A stretch of DNA of 59,923 nt, the filler included. It is 5 parts of 5 records of this genome, joined end to end, with 100 filler letters (N's around TTAATTAATTAA, not from the genome) between each part and the next. Parts side by side here need not be neighbours in the genome. Positions count along the whole stretch, not along the records: positions 1 to 24,945 come from SRR22947727_580; positions 25,046 to 38,848 come from SRR22947727_590; 3 more parts are not named here. The stretch is one strand, 5' to 3'. Below, one piece after another: positions 21,090 through 31,534 of this stretch (position 1 is the stretch's first letter; every line of letters begins with the position of its first letter). A program made the position numbers and the translations under genes. The notes under the pieces were generated by a model. The model was not told the origin of the DNA. It was given only the letters and a program-made list of their open reading frames with translations, and searched no databases.

Positions 21090-21693
21090 TTTTTTTAAAG
21101 AAAAGAATTATTCCTGTAATAGAGCTTATTAAAGCAAGGACAGAGAAGATTTTTAACAAAATATTATTTATGTTATCTCTGTCTTGATAGTCCATTATAT
21201 GCAAAGCCCAAAGTAAGTCCCATGCCCTCCATGAATCAGATCTAATTGCTGCAATATCACCAGTTATTGGATCAAGATAAATATTAATATCGTTTTTGGT
21301 ATCAGTTGAGATTTTATATATAGGCAATCTTCTCCCCCTATACTCTACTCCTCTTTCTTCTTTTTCGATAAGACTTACCTCTATTGGAATTAATGAGGTT
21401 TTTTGTTTAGCTATTGTTATTGCCTCTTCTGGTGATAAGTTTTTAACAGGCAATTTATCGGGGTGACTTAAATAAGTTTTTAATCCATTCTCATTAGTTT
21501 CTATTATTTCTTGTCCCAGTCTTTTAAATATTCTGTATTCGGTTTCTAGAGGTAATCTGTATTGCTCCCCCCTAACCATTTCAATTTTGTTAAATGCAAA
21601 ATAAATTCCCGAGACTGTCCAAAGAAGAAGCTGAATTGCAATAAATATACTGAGATATCTATGAATCTTTCTAAATGTAAATTTTTTTGCCAT
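21082..21693 (-). CDS. PepSY-associated membrane protein
   Basis: RKIHRYL...QLLLWTVSG TM, EYRGR.LP, YLDPITG, WDLLWALHIMDY, C-terminal TM. Confidence 0.8.
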   Translation of the reverse strand: MAKKFTFRKIHRYLSIFIAIQLLLWTVSGIYFAFNKIEMVRGEQYRLPLETEYRIFKRLGQEIIETNENGLKTYLSHPDKLPVKNLSPEEAITIAKQKTSLIPIEVSLIEKEERGVEYRGRRLPIYKISTDTKNDINIYLDPITGDIAAIRSDSWRAWDLLWALHIMDYQDRDNINNILLKIFSVLALISSITGIILFFKKTI

Positions 21694-21694
21694 T

Positions 21695-22069
21695 TTATAA
21701 AACCTCTTTTAACGGCTCTGATACAAATGAATATTTTTCTATTTCATTACTCTCAAATAATATATCATCTTGATCGATTTGAAGAATGATATCTATATCT
21801 AATGTTCTTGCGCTAAACTTAGGGACATTTCTTTTTCTTCCAGATTCATTTTCAATATCTTTGAGTTTTTCGTTAAGCTTATCAAAACTAAGTTCTGAAT
21901 CACCTGCAACTACTAAATTTAAAAAATCATCACCCTCAAAGCCCTCTGCTTTTGTCTTATGAATGGATGAGTATTTGGTATTAGCTAATATCTTATTGAT
22001 CTGCTCTATTGCAAAAATGATGTTTGCTTCAGCATTGATATTACTTCCCAAGGATAAGAAATATTGCAT
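21695..22069 (-). CDS. folK: 6-hydroxymethyl-7,8-dihydropterin pyrophosphokinase (short, 124 aa)
   Basis: LSLGSN, FLNLVV, IENESGR, RTLDIDI; downstream of folB. Confidence 0.9.
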   Translation of the reverse strand: MQYFLSLGSNINAEANIIFAIEQINKILANTKYSSIHKTKAEGFEGDDFLNLVVAGDSELSFDKLNEKLKDIENESGRKRNVPKFSARTLDIDIILQIDQDDILFESNEIEKYSFVSEPLKEVL

Positions 22070-22416
22070 TATCTATGAATTACTAGGCCTACGTCTTTGG
22101 AGCCTCTTATAGCTCCAGGCTTTGATACTCTCAATTTAATTGATTCAACACCGTATTCGTTTTTTACCAAAGAAGCTATTTCCTCAGCGAGAGTTTCTTG
22201 AAGTTGAAATGATGATTCTTCTACAAATTTTATTACGCCCTTAGCAATTGCTTTATAGTCTATCGTATCTTCAATAGAATCTGATGCTGCCGCCTTTTTA
22301 CAATCAAATGGAAACTCTAGATCAATGCTAACTTCTTGTTTTACTTTTCTTTCCCAGTCAAATATTCCAATAATAGTTTTTATTCGGAGGTCTTTTATGT
22401 AAATAATATCTTTCAT
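22069..22416 (-). CDS. folB: Dihydroneopterin aldolase
   Basis: DIIYIKDL..IIGIFDWER..Q, TIDY, LQETLAE, KPGAI; ATGA overlap with tsaD stop. Confidence 0.94.
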   Translation of the reverse strand: MKDIIYIKDLRIKTIIGIFDWERKVKQEVSIDLEFPFDCKKAAASDSIEDTIDYKAIAKGVIKFVEESSFQLQETLAEEIASLVKNEYGVESIKLRVSKPGAIRGSKDVGLVIHR

Positions 22417-23417
22417 TTGGTTAACTCGCTTAGTGGCCATCTTGCTCTTACATAAGAAGCTTGAGATTCAATCTTATCAGAAGATCGCAATGACCCAACA
22501 AAAGCAATCATTGCAGCGTTGTCACCACAATACTTTAATGAGGGATAAAAAACTTTAATTCCTAAAGAATTCTCTAAATCTTTAATTGCTGACCTAAGCG
22601 CTTTATTAGCTGCAACACCACCCGCAATTATTACCTCGTTCCTACCACTTAATTCTACAGCCTTCTTAATCTTCTTTGAAAGAACCTCTATAACAGCTTG
22701 CTGAAATGAAGCTGCTATATCTGCTTTTATCTGATAGGTTAAATTATCAATATCTCTGACTGTATATAAAACAGATGTTTTGAGGCCGCTAAAACTTAAA
22801 TCAAGGTTATCGCTATAAATCATTGGCCTTGGAAAGTCATAAGCTTTTGAATTACCTTGTAATGCAAGTTTTTCAATATGCGGTCCTCCTGGATATGGTA
22901 AATCTAATAATTTACCTACTTTATCAAAAGCCTCTCCAACTGCATCATCTTGAGATTGTCCTAAAATTTCATATTCTCCTCTTTCTTTGACATCAACAAT
23001 CATGCTGTGTCCTCCGCTTACAAGTAGAGAAATATAAGGAGTTTGAATTTCAGGAAATTCCATGATTGGAGACATCAAGTGTCCTTCAAGGTGATTAATG
23101 GGTATTAAGGGTACCTTTAGCGCTGTGGAGAGACCTTGAGCAAAACTTTCTCCTATTAATAAGGCACCTAATAATCCAGGACCGGACGTATAGGCAATCT
23201 GATCAATTGATTTTATATCTATATCTCCCAGAGCTTCATTTAGAACATCAACTATTTTTACGCAATGATCTCGTGAAGCTAACTCGGGAACCACTCCGCC
23301 ATACTGAGCGTGCATTTTTATCTGACTATAAACTGATTCACCTATGATTCCATGTTCGGAGTCATATATTGCAATTGCAGTTTCATCGCACGATGTTTCA
23401 ATTCCTAAAGTTTTCAT
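22413..23417 (-). CDS. tsaD: tRNA threonylcarbamoyltransferase
   Basis: GIETSCDET, GGVVPELASRDH, HLEGH, LLVSGGH, DDAVGEAFDK, GGVAAN, DNAAMIA. Confidence 0.97.
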   Translation of the reverse strand: MKTLGIETSCDETAIAIYDSEHGIIGESVYSQIKMHAQYGGVVPELASRDHCVKIVDVLNEALGDIDIKSIDQIAYTSGPGLLGALLIGESFAQGLSTALKVPLIPINHLEGHLMSPIMEFPEIQTPYISLLVSGGHSMIVDVKERGEYEILGQSQDDAVGEAFDKVGKLLDLPYPGGPHIEKLALQGNSKAYDFPRPMIYSDNLDLSFSGLKTSVLYTVRDIDNLTYQIKADIAASFQQAVIEVLSKKIKKAVELSGRNEVIIAGGVAANKALRSAIKDLENSLGIKVFYPSLKYCGDNAAMIAFVGSLRSSDKIESQASYVRARWPLSELTK

Positions 23418-23477
23418 ATTTTTTTAATAAAATGTTTTGCAAAATTTCCAATTACAGCCTAAACTACGCGACTAATT

Positions 23478-23696
23478 ATGCCTTCAATTATAATAAAAGA
23501 AACAGAACATTTTGACATTGGTTTAAGAAAGTTCAAGCGTGCCTGCGAAAAAGCAGCAATTGTACCTGAAATCAGAGCAAGAGAGTTCTATGAGAAACCA
23601 ACAGAAAAAAGAAAGCGATTAATGGCAGCAGCTGTTAAGCGTGCTAGAAAATCAAATAGGAAATTTTCTTTCCCAAGACAAAGATCTTTTAGATAA
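23478..23696 (+). CDS. rpsU: 30S ribosomal protein S21
   Basis: [11 protein letters not shown]...[17 protein letters not shown]; divergent from tsaD. Confidence 0.95.
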   Translation: MPSIIIKETEHFDIGLRKFKRACEKAAIVPEIRAREFYEKPTEKRKRLMAAAVKRARKSNRKFSFPRQRSFR

Positions 23697-23698
23697 TC

Positions 23699-24145
23699 TT
23701 GACCCTTCTTTCCGAAATTCAATCAGATCTCAAGCAAGCAATGCTTGATAAAGATGATATGACTCGTGATACTTTAAGAATGTTTAAATCTGAAGTTCAG
23801 AAGTTTGAAATAGACAATCAAGAGACTGCTGATGACGCAAAAGCCCTTCAGATTATCAATAAAATGATTAAACAACGAAAAGACTCTATTGCTCAGTTTA
23901 CTGAAGGAGGTAGAGTTGATCTGGCAGAAAAAGAGCAACTAGAAGTTACCATATTATCTAAATACAAACCCCAACAACTCAATGAATCTGAAATCACAGA
24001 AAAAGTTCAGTCTGCCATATCTCAATCTGGAGCATCTACTATGCAAGACATTGGCAAGGTAATGGGTATTCTTAAAAATTCTATTGCACCAGGTACTGCT
24101 GATATGGGTGTGGTAAGCAAAATTGTTAAAGATCAATTAAATTAA
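23699..24145 (+). CDS. GatB/YqeY domain protein
   Basis: LKQAM, KQRKDSIAQF..GGRVDLAEKE, DIGKVMG; follows rpsU; TTG start. Confidence 0.92.
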   Translation: MTLLSEIQSDLKQAMLDKDDMTRDTLRMFKSEVQKFEIDNQETADDAKALQIINKMIKQRKDSIAQFTEGGRVDLAEKEQLEVTILSKYKPQQLNESEITEKVQSAISQSGASTMQDIGKVMGILKNSIAPGTADMGVVSKIVKDQLN

Positions 24146-24180
24146 AAAATACTGGATCAATGCATCCATAGGATCAAATT

Positions 24181-24885
24181 ATGGAAAGAAGCAATAACAG
24201 AAAATCAAACGAACTAAGAGAACTTACATTTGAACCAAATGTAAATATTCATGCTGAAGGCTCCGTATTAGTATCTTTTGGGAACACAAAGGTTATCTGC
24301 ACTGCATCAATTGATACAAATGTACCTAGATGGATGAGAGGAAGTGACGAAGGATGGGTAACAGCTGAATATGGAATGCTTCCAAGGTCTACAAATGAAA
24401 GAATGGGAAGAGAAGCAGCAAGAGGAAAACAAAGTGGTAGAACTCAAGAAATTCAAAGATTGATTGGTAGATCGCTAAGACAAGCAGTTAATTTAAAATA
24501 TATTAAAGGTAAAACTATAAATATTGATTGTGATGTAATACAGGCAGATGGTGGAACTAGAACTGCTTCAATTACAGGCGGTTGTGTTGCTCTCTTTCTT
24601 GCATTAAAAAATCATCATGATGATCATAGAGCTATAAAGACTCATGTTGCTGCTGTTTCACTTGGAGTGCTAAACGATCAAGTAATACTTGATCTTGATT
24701 ATAATGAAGATAGTACTGCCGAAACCGACCTTAACTTAGTAATGACTGACTCTCTTGAACTAATTGAAATTCAAGGTACTGGTGAAGAGGCTCCTTTTTC
24801 TAAAGAACAGTTAAATGAAATGCTTGAAGTTGGAAGTTCAGCTATAGCTGATATTATTGAAAAACAAAAAGCCTGCTTAAAATAA
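24181..24885 (+). CDS. rph: Ribonuclease PH
   Basis: [53 protein letters not shown]. Confidence 0.97.
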   Translation: MERSNNRKSNELRELTFEPNVNIHAEGSVLVSFGNTKVICTASIDTNVPRWMRGSDEGWVTAEYGMLPRSTNERMGREAARGKQSGRTQEIQRLIGRSLRQAVNLKYIKGKTINIDCDVIQADGGTRTASITGGCVALFLALKNHHDDHRAIKTHVAAVSLGVLNDQVILDLDYNEDSTAETDLNLVMTDSLELIEIQGTGEEAPFSKEQLNEMLEVGSSAIADIIEKQKACLK

Positions 24886-24945
24886 GTGAAAGACTATCAA
24901 AAACAATTTCTAGAATTAGCTCTTCATGCCAAAGTATTAGAATTT
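24886..24945 (+). CDS. pyrE: Orotate phosphoribosyltransferase, N-terminal fragment (cut by contig end)
   Basis: GTG start immediately after the rph stop; reads MKDYQKQFLELALHAKVLEF, matching the gammaproteobacterial PyrE N-terminus; rph-pyrE synteny. Confidence 0.85.
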
Positions 24946-25045
24946 NNNNNNNNNNNNNNNNNNNNNNNNNNNNNNNNNNNNNNNNNNNNTTAATTAATTA
25001 ANNNNNNNNNNNNNNNNNNNNNNNNNNNNNNNNNNNNNNNNNNNN
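24946..25045. other. Artificial contig linker N44-TTAATTAATTAA-N44
   Basis: Identical 100-nt spacer occurs four times, with stop codons in all six frames; base composition changes across it. Confidence 0.99.
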
Positions 25046-25098
25046 GCGATCCTTATTGATCCATACATAGTATAAATCTTTTTTAACTTCACTGCTTA

Positions 25099-26115
25099 TT
25101 ATGATTTAGACGCTTTCGGCGTGCCAAGCCGTCTTAATGCTGCCTGCTCGCGCCAGAACTGGCGTTTTGAGATGGCTGGAAAGCCGGCGACCTGATCACC
25201 GTCTTCGATGTCTTTTGTGACGCCGCTACGCGCTGTTAACACGGCACCATCACCAATCTTCACATGCGGGGCAATGCCAACCTGCCCCCCCATTGCGACG
25301 CCTTGTCCAACCGTAACACTTCCCGAAATGCCGCATTGACCGGCAATGATCGATCTTGCACCGATGGTTACGTTATGGGCGATATGACACAGATTATCCA
25401 TCATCACATGCGCGCCGATATGGGTATTGCCAAGGCTGCCGCGGTCAATCGCGCACCCGCTGCCAATTGACACAAAATCATCAATCACCACAAGGCCGAT
25501 ATGCGGCAATTTAACAACCCCATCATCGGTCATTTCAAAACCAAAACCGGCCGCGCCAACAACGCTGCCAGCACCAATATCAACCCCATTACCAATCAGA
25601 CAATGCGACAGAACACTGTTTGACCGGATATGACAATTCTCACCAACCGTAACCCCAGCATGCAAGACAGCACCAGCTTCGATCACAGTTCCCGCCCCGA
25701 TCACAACTTGCGGCATGATGGACGCTGAGGAGTGAATGACGGTAGTATCAGCAATTTTGGCTGTTGGCGCGATACCTGCAGTGCCATGATCGACTGGCGC
25801 CACCGAAACAAGATGCGCTAACGCATGGGCAAACCCAATCCGCGGTGATGCCACGACTAAACAGCAATTGGCCGGATCAATCAGTGGCAAACAGGCCTCA
25901 TTCGTAATCACAACAGTCGATTCGACTGCCAGTGTTTTGGCCAGATCTGGATCGGATTGATAGATCAATGAAAATGGTTTTGCGGCGTCAAAAGGTTCAA
26001 TATCACTGATCACAATCTGATCTGGCCCACATAGATCAGTCGCGCCGATAATTCTGGCAAGATCGGCAGCCGTCACATCTTCGGCAATTTGGTAAAATGC
26101 AGTGTTGATGGACAT
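25099..26115 (-). CDS. lpxD: UDP-3-O-acylglucosamine N-acyltransferase
   Basis: Hexapeptide repeats, GFGF, IDRG, DNLCHIAHNV, GQCGISGS; follows bamA-skp. Confidence 0.94.
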   Translation of the reverse strand: MSINTAFYQIAEDVTAADLARIIGATDLCGPDQIVISDIEPFDAAKPFSLIYQSDPDLAKTLAVESTVVITNEACLPLIDPANCCLVVASPRIGFAHALAHLVSVAPVDHGTAGIAPTAKIADTTVIHSSASIMPQVVIGAGTVIEAGAVLHAGVTVGENCHIRSNSVLSHCLIGNGVDIGAGSVVGAAGFGFEMTDDGVVKLPHIGLVVIDDFVSIGSGCAIDRGSLGNTHIGAHVMMDNLCHIAHNVTIGARSIIAGQCGISGSVTVGQGVAMGGQVGIAPHVKIGDGAVLTARSGVTKDIEDGDQVAGFPAISKRQFWREQAALRRLGTPKASKS

Positions 26116-26124
26116 GAAAATATC

Positions 26125-26736
26125 CTATTGCGCGACCGGCTTCTTGATTTCAACTTCGATGCGGGCGTTTTTGGTGCGTTCATTCAAGCGCGATAACACC
26201 TCATCTGAAATATTCAGATGCGGTAAGAAAATCACACTCGAATCACGATTTAAAATCAGGTCAATCTTGCGTTCACTGGCAATTTTTGTAATCACGTCGA
26301 TCGCCAGCTTACGGATATCGCTCAAAGCTTTTTGATATGCGTTATCAATTGACTGTCTTTTATATTGGATTTCTTTCTGAACTGACGAAACGCGCGCCTG
26401 AAACGCGGTAACAAGCTTGTCATATTCGTCTTTTGCCATAAGATCGCGCTTGGCAAGAAGATCACGTTCGCTTTGTTGTAAATCCACCTCAATCGCCCGA
26501 AATTCTTCTTGAAATTTTGCGCGTTGACCATCGAGCAATTCACGAACTCGGTTATTGGCATCAGCGGCGCGTAAAACACCGGCTAGGTCAACAAGGGCAA
26601 TCCGTTTCACCTCCATTGATTTTTCGGCTGCTGGCGTGGTTGCATCAGTCTCCGCAAAGCTAGCAGGCGCAAAACCAATAAAAACCATCATACAAACCAA
26701 CAGTTTGATCGGGGTGAAACGTGTTTTTTTCATCAT
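26125..26736 (-). CDS. skp: OmpH/Skp outer-membrane chaperone
   Basis: Signal peptide, IALVD, long coiled coil, IDLIL...NISDEVLSRLN; lies between bamA and lpxD. Confidence 0.88.
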   Translation of the reverse strand: MMKKTRFTPIKLLVCMMVFIGFAPASFAETDATTPAAEKSMEVKRIALVDLAGVLRAADANNRVRELLDGQRAKFQEEFRAIEVDLQQSERDLLAKRDLMAKDEYDKLVTAFQARVSSVQKEIQYKRQSIDNAYQKALSDIRKLAIDVITKIASERKIDLILNRDSSVIFLPHLNISDEVLSRLNERTKNARIEVEIKKPVAQ

Positions 26737-26738
26737 GC

Positions 26739-29018
26739 CTACAGCCTGGTTCCAATATTGAACTGGAAGGTCTTTGGCGTGTCATGCGCCATTTTTGATA
26801 GCGGCTTTGCCCAAGAAAACGACAATGGACCGATGGCTGTACTCCAGAAAATACCAACACCCGCACTGAGCCGCATATTCGCCGCGTTTGGCTTGGTTAC
26901 GTTTGATGGATAGTCGGTTCCCCACAATGATCCAAAGTCTGTAAAGACCGTCCAACGTACACCCGTATCTTTATCTAAGCCAAGATTTGAAACCACCTCA
27001 AAGGTACCAGCATACATCTTGTTGCCGCCAACTGCGTCAGATGATCCCATGTCACGCGGGCCGATACCCCCAGATCCAAAACCACGAACATCACGTCCAC
27101 CAAGATTGAAACGTTGTGATTGCGTTACCTTGTCGCCGAGACCCGTGATATAGCCAAGCTTGCCAGACAAACCAAGAATAACGGATTTGAATAATAACGG
27201 TTTGTAATAGGCAGCCGACAGTTTTGTTCGCAAAAACTTAACATCACCGCCAAAGCCAGCCAATGTTTCATCCACTTCCAAATAATAGCCTTCATTCGGA
27301 TCAAACCGGTTGTCTCTTGTGTCTTTCGACAGAACATATTTTAGCGACGAGCGAAGACGGGTTTCTCCCGCCTCGCCGGTGATCGATGTGGCTGTGGTCG
27401 ACGCAGCCGTTGTTTTGGACTGGCTTAGCTCATAGTTCAAGCGGTGAAACACATCGCGTGCCGCTGAAAAGCCAACGCCAAACGAAAAACCTGTTTGATT
27501 GATGGTCGTCTCATCCGATTTAGTCTTTGTGTTAAAGACATCAAAACTGCCGGTTAAATCTCGTCCAAGTAGATAAGGCTCAGTTAGACCTAAATTAAAA
27601 TTGGTTTCAGTTCCCGATGTTGAAATAGACGCGCTGGCCCTGCGACCAGTGCCAAGGAAATTACGTTCGTTAACGCCTAATGACACACTCGATTTATCCA
27701 ATGAGGAATAGCCAAGGCCAAGTGAAAAATCACCGGTCGACTGTTCTTCGACAGTAACTCTTGTAATCGTTTGTTCGGGGCTTGACCCTTGAAGGGTCGC
27801 AATTTTCACATCTCTGAAATATCCAAGATTTCTAACATTTCGGACAGATCGGTCGATTTTTAGCTGGTTATAGGCATCACCCTCGACAATTTCAAATTCG
27901 CGTCTGATCACACGATCCATGGTGCGCGCATTATCGACAAATTCGATCCGCTCGACAAAATTCCGGCGTGCCTTATCGATTGTGATGGCAATGTCTAATG
28001 TTGCTGTTTCCGGGTTCGTCTTGATTTCAGGCGTCACATTCACAAATGCGTAGCCGAAGGAGCCCAACCGGTTTGAAATATCAAGAAGCCCCTGTTCAAG
28101 CGCCCGAACATCATACCATTTATCATCGCCAAATGTGATGACTTGCTGCAATTCATCTGTATCAACGCCACTAATTTCACTGGCAACGCTGACCGTGCCA
28201 ACTTGATAGCGAATACCCTCATTCACAAGAAAAGTTATTGCAAAACCGCTGCGGTCGGGCAGTAGACCGCCGCGAACATGATCAACGGTAACATCGGCAT
28301 AGCCACGCGCTAAATAGAATTGTCGCAACAGGCGAACATCATAATCAAGACGACCCTCGTCATATTTATCATTGGACGCAAGAAACGCCCACCAGCGCGC
28401 CTCGCGGCTGGCAATTGCCTGACGCAATGCCTGATCGCTGAATGATTTATTGCCCGAAAATGCAATCGAGTTGATTTTGATCAGCGGACCTTCATTGACC
28501 TCAAAAACCAGATCAACACGGTTTTCATCGAGCTGGATGATTTTGGGTTCGATCACAGCAGCAAAACGTCCACCAGCACGATAAACATCAATCAACTGAC
28601 GTGTCGCATCAATGGCGACTTTCTGGTTATAGACGCGCCGCGGCTGTACATCGATGATTTCAAGCAATCGCTCATCCGAAATAGCGTCATTGCCCTCAAT
28701 ATTCACCCGATTGATGATCGGGTTTTCAACAACTCGGACAATCAGAACGCTTCCGTCCATATCCAGTTTGATATCTTGAAATAAATTGGTGTCATAAAGT
28801 CGCGCTAGCGCATTGCTCAACGATCCGGGCGATGTCAGATCACCAACCCGAACCGGCAGATAGGATTGAATGGTACCCGCCGCAACACGGCGGTTTCCGT
28901 CGACCCGAATCTCGGAAATGCGAACAGGGTCTTGCGAAACCTGCGCCATACTGGATTGGATTGTCGTGAAAACGAGGAATAACCCCAGAATAAAACCACA
29001 TAGATCATGACGACGCAT
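26739..29018 (-). CDS. bamA: Outer-membrane protein assembly factor BamA
   Basis: POTRA repeats (GNRRV, VENPIINRV, VIRRE), VRGF, GPLSFSWA, C-terminal FQFNIGTRL. Confidence 0.96.
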   Translation of the reverse strand: MRRHDLCGFILGLFLVFTTIQSSMAQVSQDPVRISEIRVDGNRRVAAGTIQSYLPVRVGDLTSPGSLSNALARLYDTNLFQDIKLDMDGSVLIVRVVENPIINRVNIEGNDAISDERLLEIIDVQPRRVYNQKVAIDATRQLIDVYRAGGRFAAVIEPKIIQLDENRVDLVFEVNEGPLIKINSIAFSGNKSFSDQALRQAIASREARWWAFLASNDKYDEGRLDYDVRLLRQFYLARGYADVTVDHVRGGLLPDRSGFAITFLVNEGIRYQVGTVSVASEISGVDTDELQQVITFGDDKWYDVRALEQGLLDISNRLGSFGYAFVNVTPEIKTNPETATLDIAITIDKARRNFVERIEFVDNARTMDRVIRREFEIVEGDAYNQLKIDRSVRNVRNLGYFRDVKIATLQGSSPEQTITRVTVEEQSTGDFSLGLGYSSLDKSSVSLGVNERNFLGTGRRASASISTSGTETNFNLGLTEPYLLGRDLTGSFDVFNTKTKSDETTINQTGFSFGVGFSAARDVFHRLNYELSQSKTTAASTTATSITGEAGETRLRSSLKYVLSKDTRDNRFDPNEGYYLEVDETLAGFGGDVKFLRTKLSAAYYKPLLFKSVILGLSGKLGYITGLGDKVTQSQRFNLGGRDVRGFGSGGIGPRDMGSSDAVGGNKMYAGTFEVVSNLGLDKDTGVRWTVFTDFGSLWGTDYPSNVTKPNAANMRLSAGVGIFWSTAIGPLSFSWAKPLSKMAHDTPKTFQFNIGTRL

Positions 29019-29161
29019 TGAATTTTCCGATCACAAGCAAGACAAGCGGTAAAACTATAGACAGCCTGACGGCTTAGCGAAAGCCTAACAATGCCATAAT
29101 TGTCAATTTAATCGCCGATTTTACCTTTTAAACCAAAGAGAAACGCGCCCTTTTACCAGCA

Positions 29162-30244
29162 TTATTGAAATAGGCGTATCACATCGGTAACGACAAGAAA
29201 CAGCGTTAACACCATCAAAATGGCGATCCCGCCCCGCATCAATACCGCCTGAAACCAGATCGGCAACGGCTTCCCACGAAGCGCTTCAAGGAAAAAGAAG
29301 GTCAGATGACCACCATCAAGTGCCGGAACAGGCAACAGATTAATCAATCCAAGATTGATTGAAATAACCGCTGTTAGCAGAATAAAGGGAACAAGCCCCT
29401 GATTTAAAACCGCACCCGAAATTTCGGCAATCCGAACCGGCCCACCAACCTCGCCCTGCTGCATGTTGCCAGTAACAGCCCGGCCAAGGCTGCGCAAAAT
29501 CACCACAGACATGTGAAATGCGTCAGATGATGCCGCCACTACTGCCGCTGTTGGGCCGAGTTTTTGAATTTCACCAACCGGCGGTGATTTCACCCCCAAA
29601 ATGCCAATATCAATCTGTAATTGTTCATTAAATTGCGCAGCAGGTGTGATGTTTAAATTGAATTCACGACCGTCACGAAGAATGACAAACCGCAGGTCCT
29701 TATTCGGGCTTTCAACAACAAGCCCGCGCATATCATTAAAATCCCGAACACCAACACCGTCGATTTCGATCACTTTATCGCCCGGCTTTAGACCCGCGCT
29801 GGCAGCCGGCATATTTGGCATCACATCGCCAATCACCGCTGGCAGAATTTGTTTGCCAACCGACATATAGACAATTGCGAAAAGGAAAATGCCAAGAATG
29901 AAATTGGCAATCGGCCCCGCTGCAACAATCGCCATGCGCCAGTAAAGTCCGGCATTGCCAAAACTACCCTCAACGCCTTTCCCATCAGCAGATGGAGTGC
30001 TGGCGGCATCATCGTCACCGCGCATCTTGACATAACCACCAAGCGGAATGGCTGAAATGCGCCATCTTGTTCCGGTTTTGGCCGTCCACCCATAAATTTC
30101 AGGGCCAAAGCCGATCGAAAACACATCAACCACGACACCGGCTTTTCGTGCCACCCAATAGTGACCAAGCTCATGGAAATAAACTACTGGCGTGATTAAC
30201 AATAAAAAGCCAAGAATAAGATCAGTAAAGCCAAGTTCGGGCAT
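29162..30244 (-). CDS. rseP: Site-2 intramembrane metalloprotease
   Basis: HELGH, FSIGFG, PLGGYVKM, AGPIANF, PDZ domain, NLLPVPALDGGH; start at MPELG inferred. Confidence 0.95.
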   Translation of the reverse strand: MPELGFTDLILGFLLLITPVVYFHELGHYWVARKAGVVVDVFSIGFGPEIYGWTAKTGTRWRISAIPLGGYVKMRGDDDAASTPSADGKGVEGSFGNAGLYWRMAIVAAGPIANFILGIFLFAIVYMSVGKQILPAVIGDVMPNMPAASAGLKPGDKVIEIDGVGVRDFNDMRGLVVESPNKDLRFVILRDGREFNLNITPAAQFNEQLQIDIGILGVKSPPVGEIQKLGPTAAVVAASSDAFHMSVVILRSLGRAVTGNMQQGEVGGPVRIAEISGAVLNQGLVPFILLTAVISINLGLINLLPVPALDGGHLTFFFLEALRGKPLPIWFQAVLMRGGIAILMVLTLFLVVTDVIRLFQ

Positions 30245-30328
30245 AAAATATCCTGTCGTGAGCGATTGCAAAACTGCATATGTGGGGCGCTGATTCTAAT
30301 TTAGCCCAGTTTAGTCATTTTTGAAAAC

Positions 30329-31522
30329 TTAACGCGATGCCACAATTTGCCGCGCATGTTCGCGGGAGGTTTGATCAATCGCGCAAACCGCCTCAATTGT
30401 TGTCAGATCCCCAACCAAATCTTTGGAAAGGCAGGTATCGACAATGCTGGCAATATCCAAAAACCCAATCTTTCCAGTCAAAAAGGCATCAACCGCCACT
30501 TCATTTGCGGCGTTTAGAACTGCGGGGGCAATCCCCCCTGCCTCAAGCGCCTGACGCGCCAGCATGAAACAGGGAAACCGGTCAGGATCAACCTGCGCGA
30601 AGGTCAAATGGGCAATCGCCGCAAGATCAAGCGGTTCTGGCCCCCAATCAAGCCGGTCGGGCCACGCCATAGCATAGGAAATCGGCGTTCGCATATCAGC
30701 CCCGCCCATTTGTGCAATGATTGATCCATCACGAAAATAAACAAGTCCATGAACCGCTTGCTGCGGATGAATTAAAACATCAATCTGGCTTGGCTCGAGG
30801 TCGAAAAGCCATCGCGCCTCAATAACCTCTAGCCCTTTATTCATCATGGTGGCGCTATCAACCGAAATTTTCTGCCCCATTTCCCAATTCGGATGTTTCA
30901 CCGCCGCTGCCGGTTTGATTGCGGCAAATTCACCGATCGGCAAGGTCAAAAATGGCCCGCCTGATGCGGTTAGGCAAATATGACTTAATTCGGTCATTTT
31001 GCCATTTGCCTTGTCGGTCGATTGATGCCCTTTCCAGCCATTCCAGCACTGGAAAACAGCGTTATGCTCGCTATCAATCGGTAAAATATGCGCGCCGGAT
31101 AAGATAGCTTGACGGGTGACAACGGCACCTGCTGAAACCAGCGATTCCTTATTGGCAATCGCAACTGTCTGACCAGCACGAACCGCCGCCATCACCGAAG
31201 GCAATCCGGCAAGACCGCTGATTCCTGCAATCACCAGATCAACAGGCATCGCCGCAATCTCGCTACAGGCCGCCTCGCCAGCCACCAATTGGCAATCAAG
31301 CGTTGAAATCAATTCTTTCAGGACTGCCAGATTTGTCTGGTCATGGATACCAATGATTTTGGGTTTGAATTCATGCGCCAAAGCGGCCAGACGATTAAAA
31401 TCCATGCCAGCGACCAATCCGTGAACCACAAAACGGTCAGGGTGCTGACGCACCAAGGCAAGGCTGCTTTGACCGATTGATCCTGTCGCCCCCAAAACGG
31501 TGATTTGTTTTACGCCAGCCAT
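30329..31522 (-). CDS. dxr: 1-deoxy-D-xylulose-5-phosphate reductoisomerase
   Basis: LGATGSIG, ANKESLV, PIDSEH, TASGGPF, HPNWEMGQKISVDSATMMNKGLE. Confidence 0.97.
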   Translation of the reverse strand: MAGVKQITVLGATGSIGQSSLALVRQHPDRFVVHGLVAGMDFNRLAALAHEFKPKIIGIHDQTNLAVLKELISTLDCQLVAGEAACSEIAAMPVDLVIAGISGLAGLPSVMAAVRAGQTVAIANKESLVSAGAVVTRQAILSGAHILPIDSEHNAVFQCWNGWKGHQSTDKANGKMTELSHICLTASGGPFLTLPIGEFAAIKPAAAVKHPNWEMGQKISVDSATMMNKGLEVIEARWLFDLEPSQIDVLIHPQQAVHGLVYFRDGSIIAQMGGADMRTPISYAMAWPDRLDWGPEPLDLAAIAHLTFAQVDPDRFPCFMLARQALEAGGIAPAVLNAANEVAVDAFLTGKIGFLDIASIVDTCLSKDLVGDLTTIEAVCAIDQTSREHARQIVASR

Positions 31523-31534
31523 ATTCAAAACCAA

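Noticed and set aside
24990..25001. TTAATTAATTAA palindrome recurring four times
   Set aside because: Always centred in N44 runs; an artificial six-frame-stop linker, not a biological repeat or CRISPR
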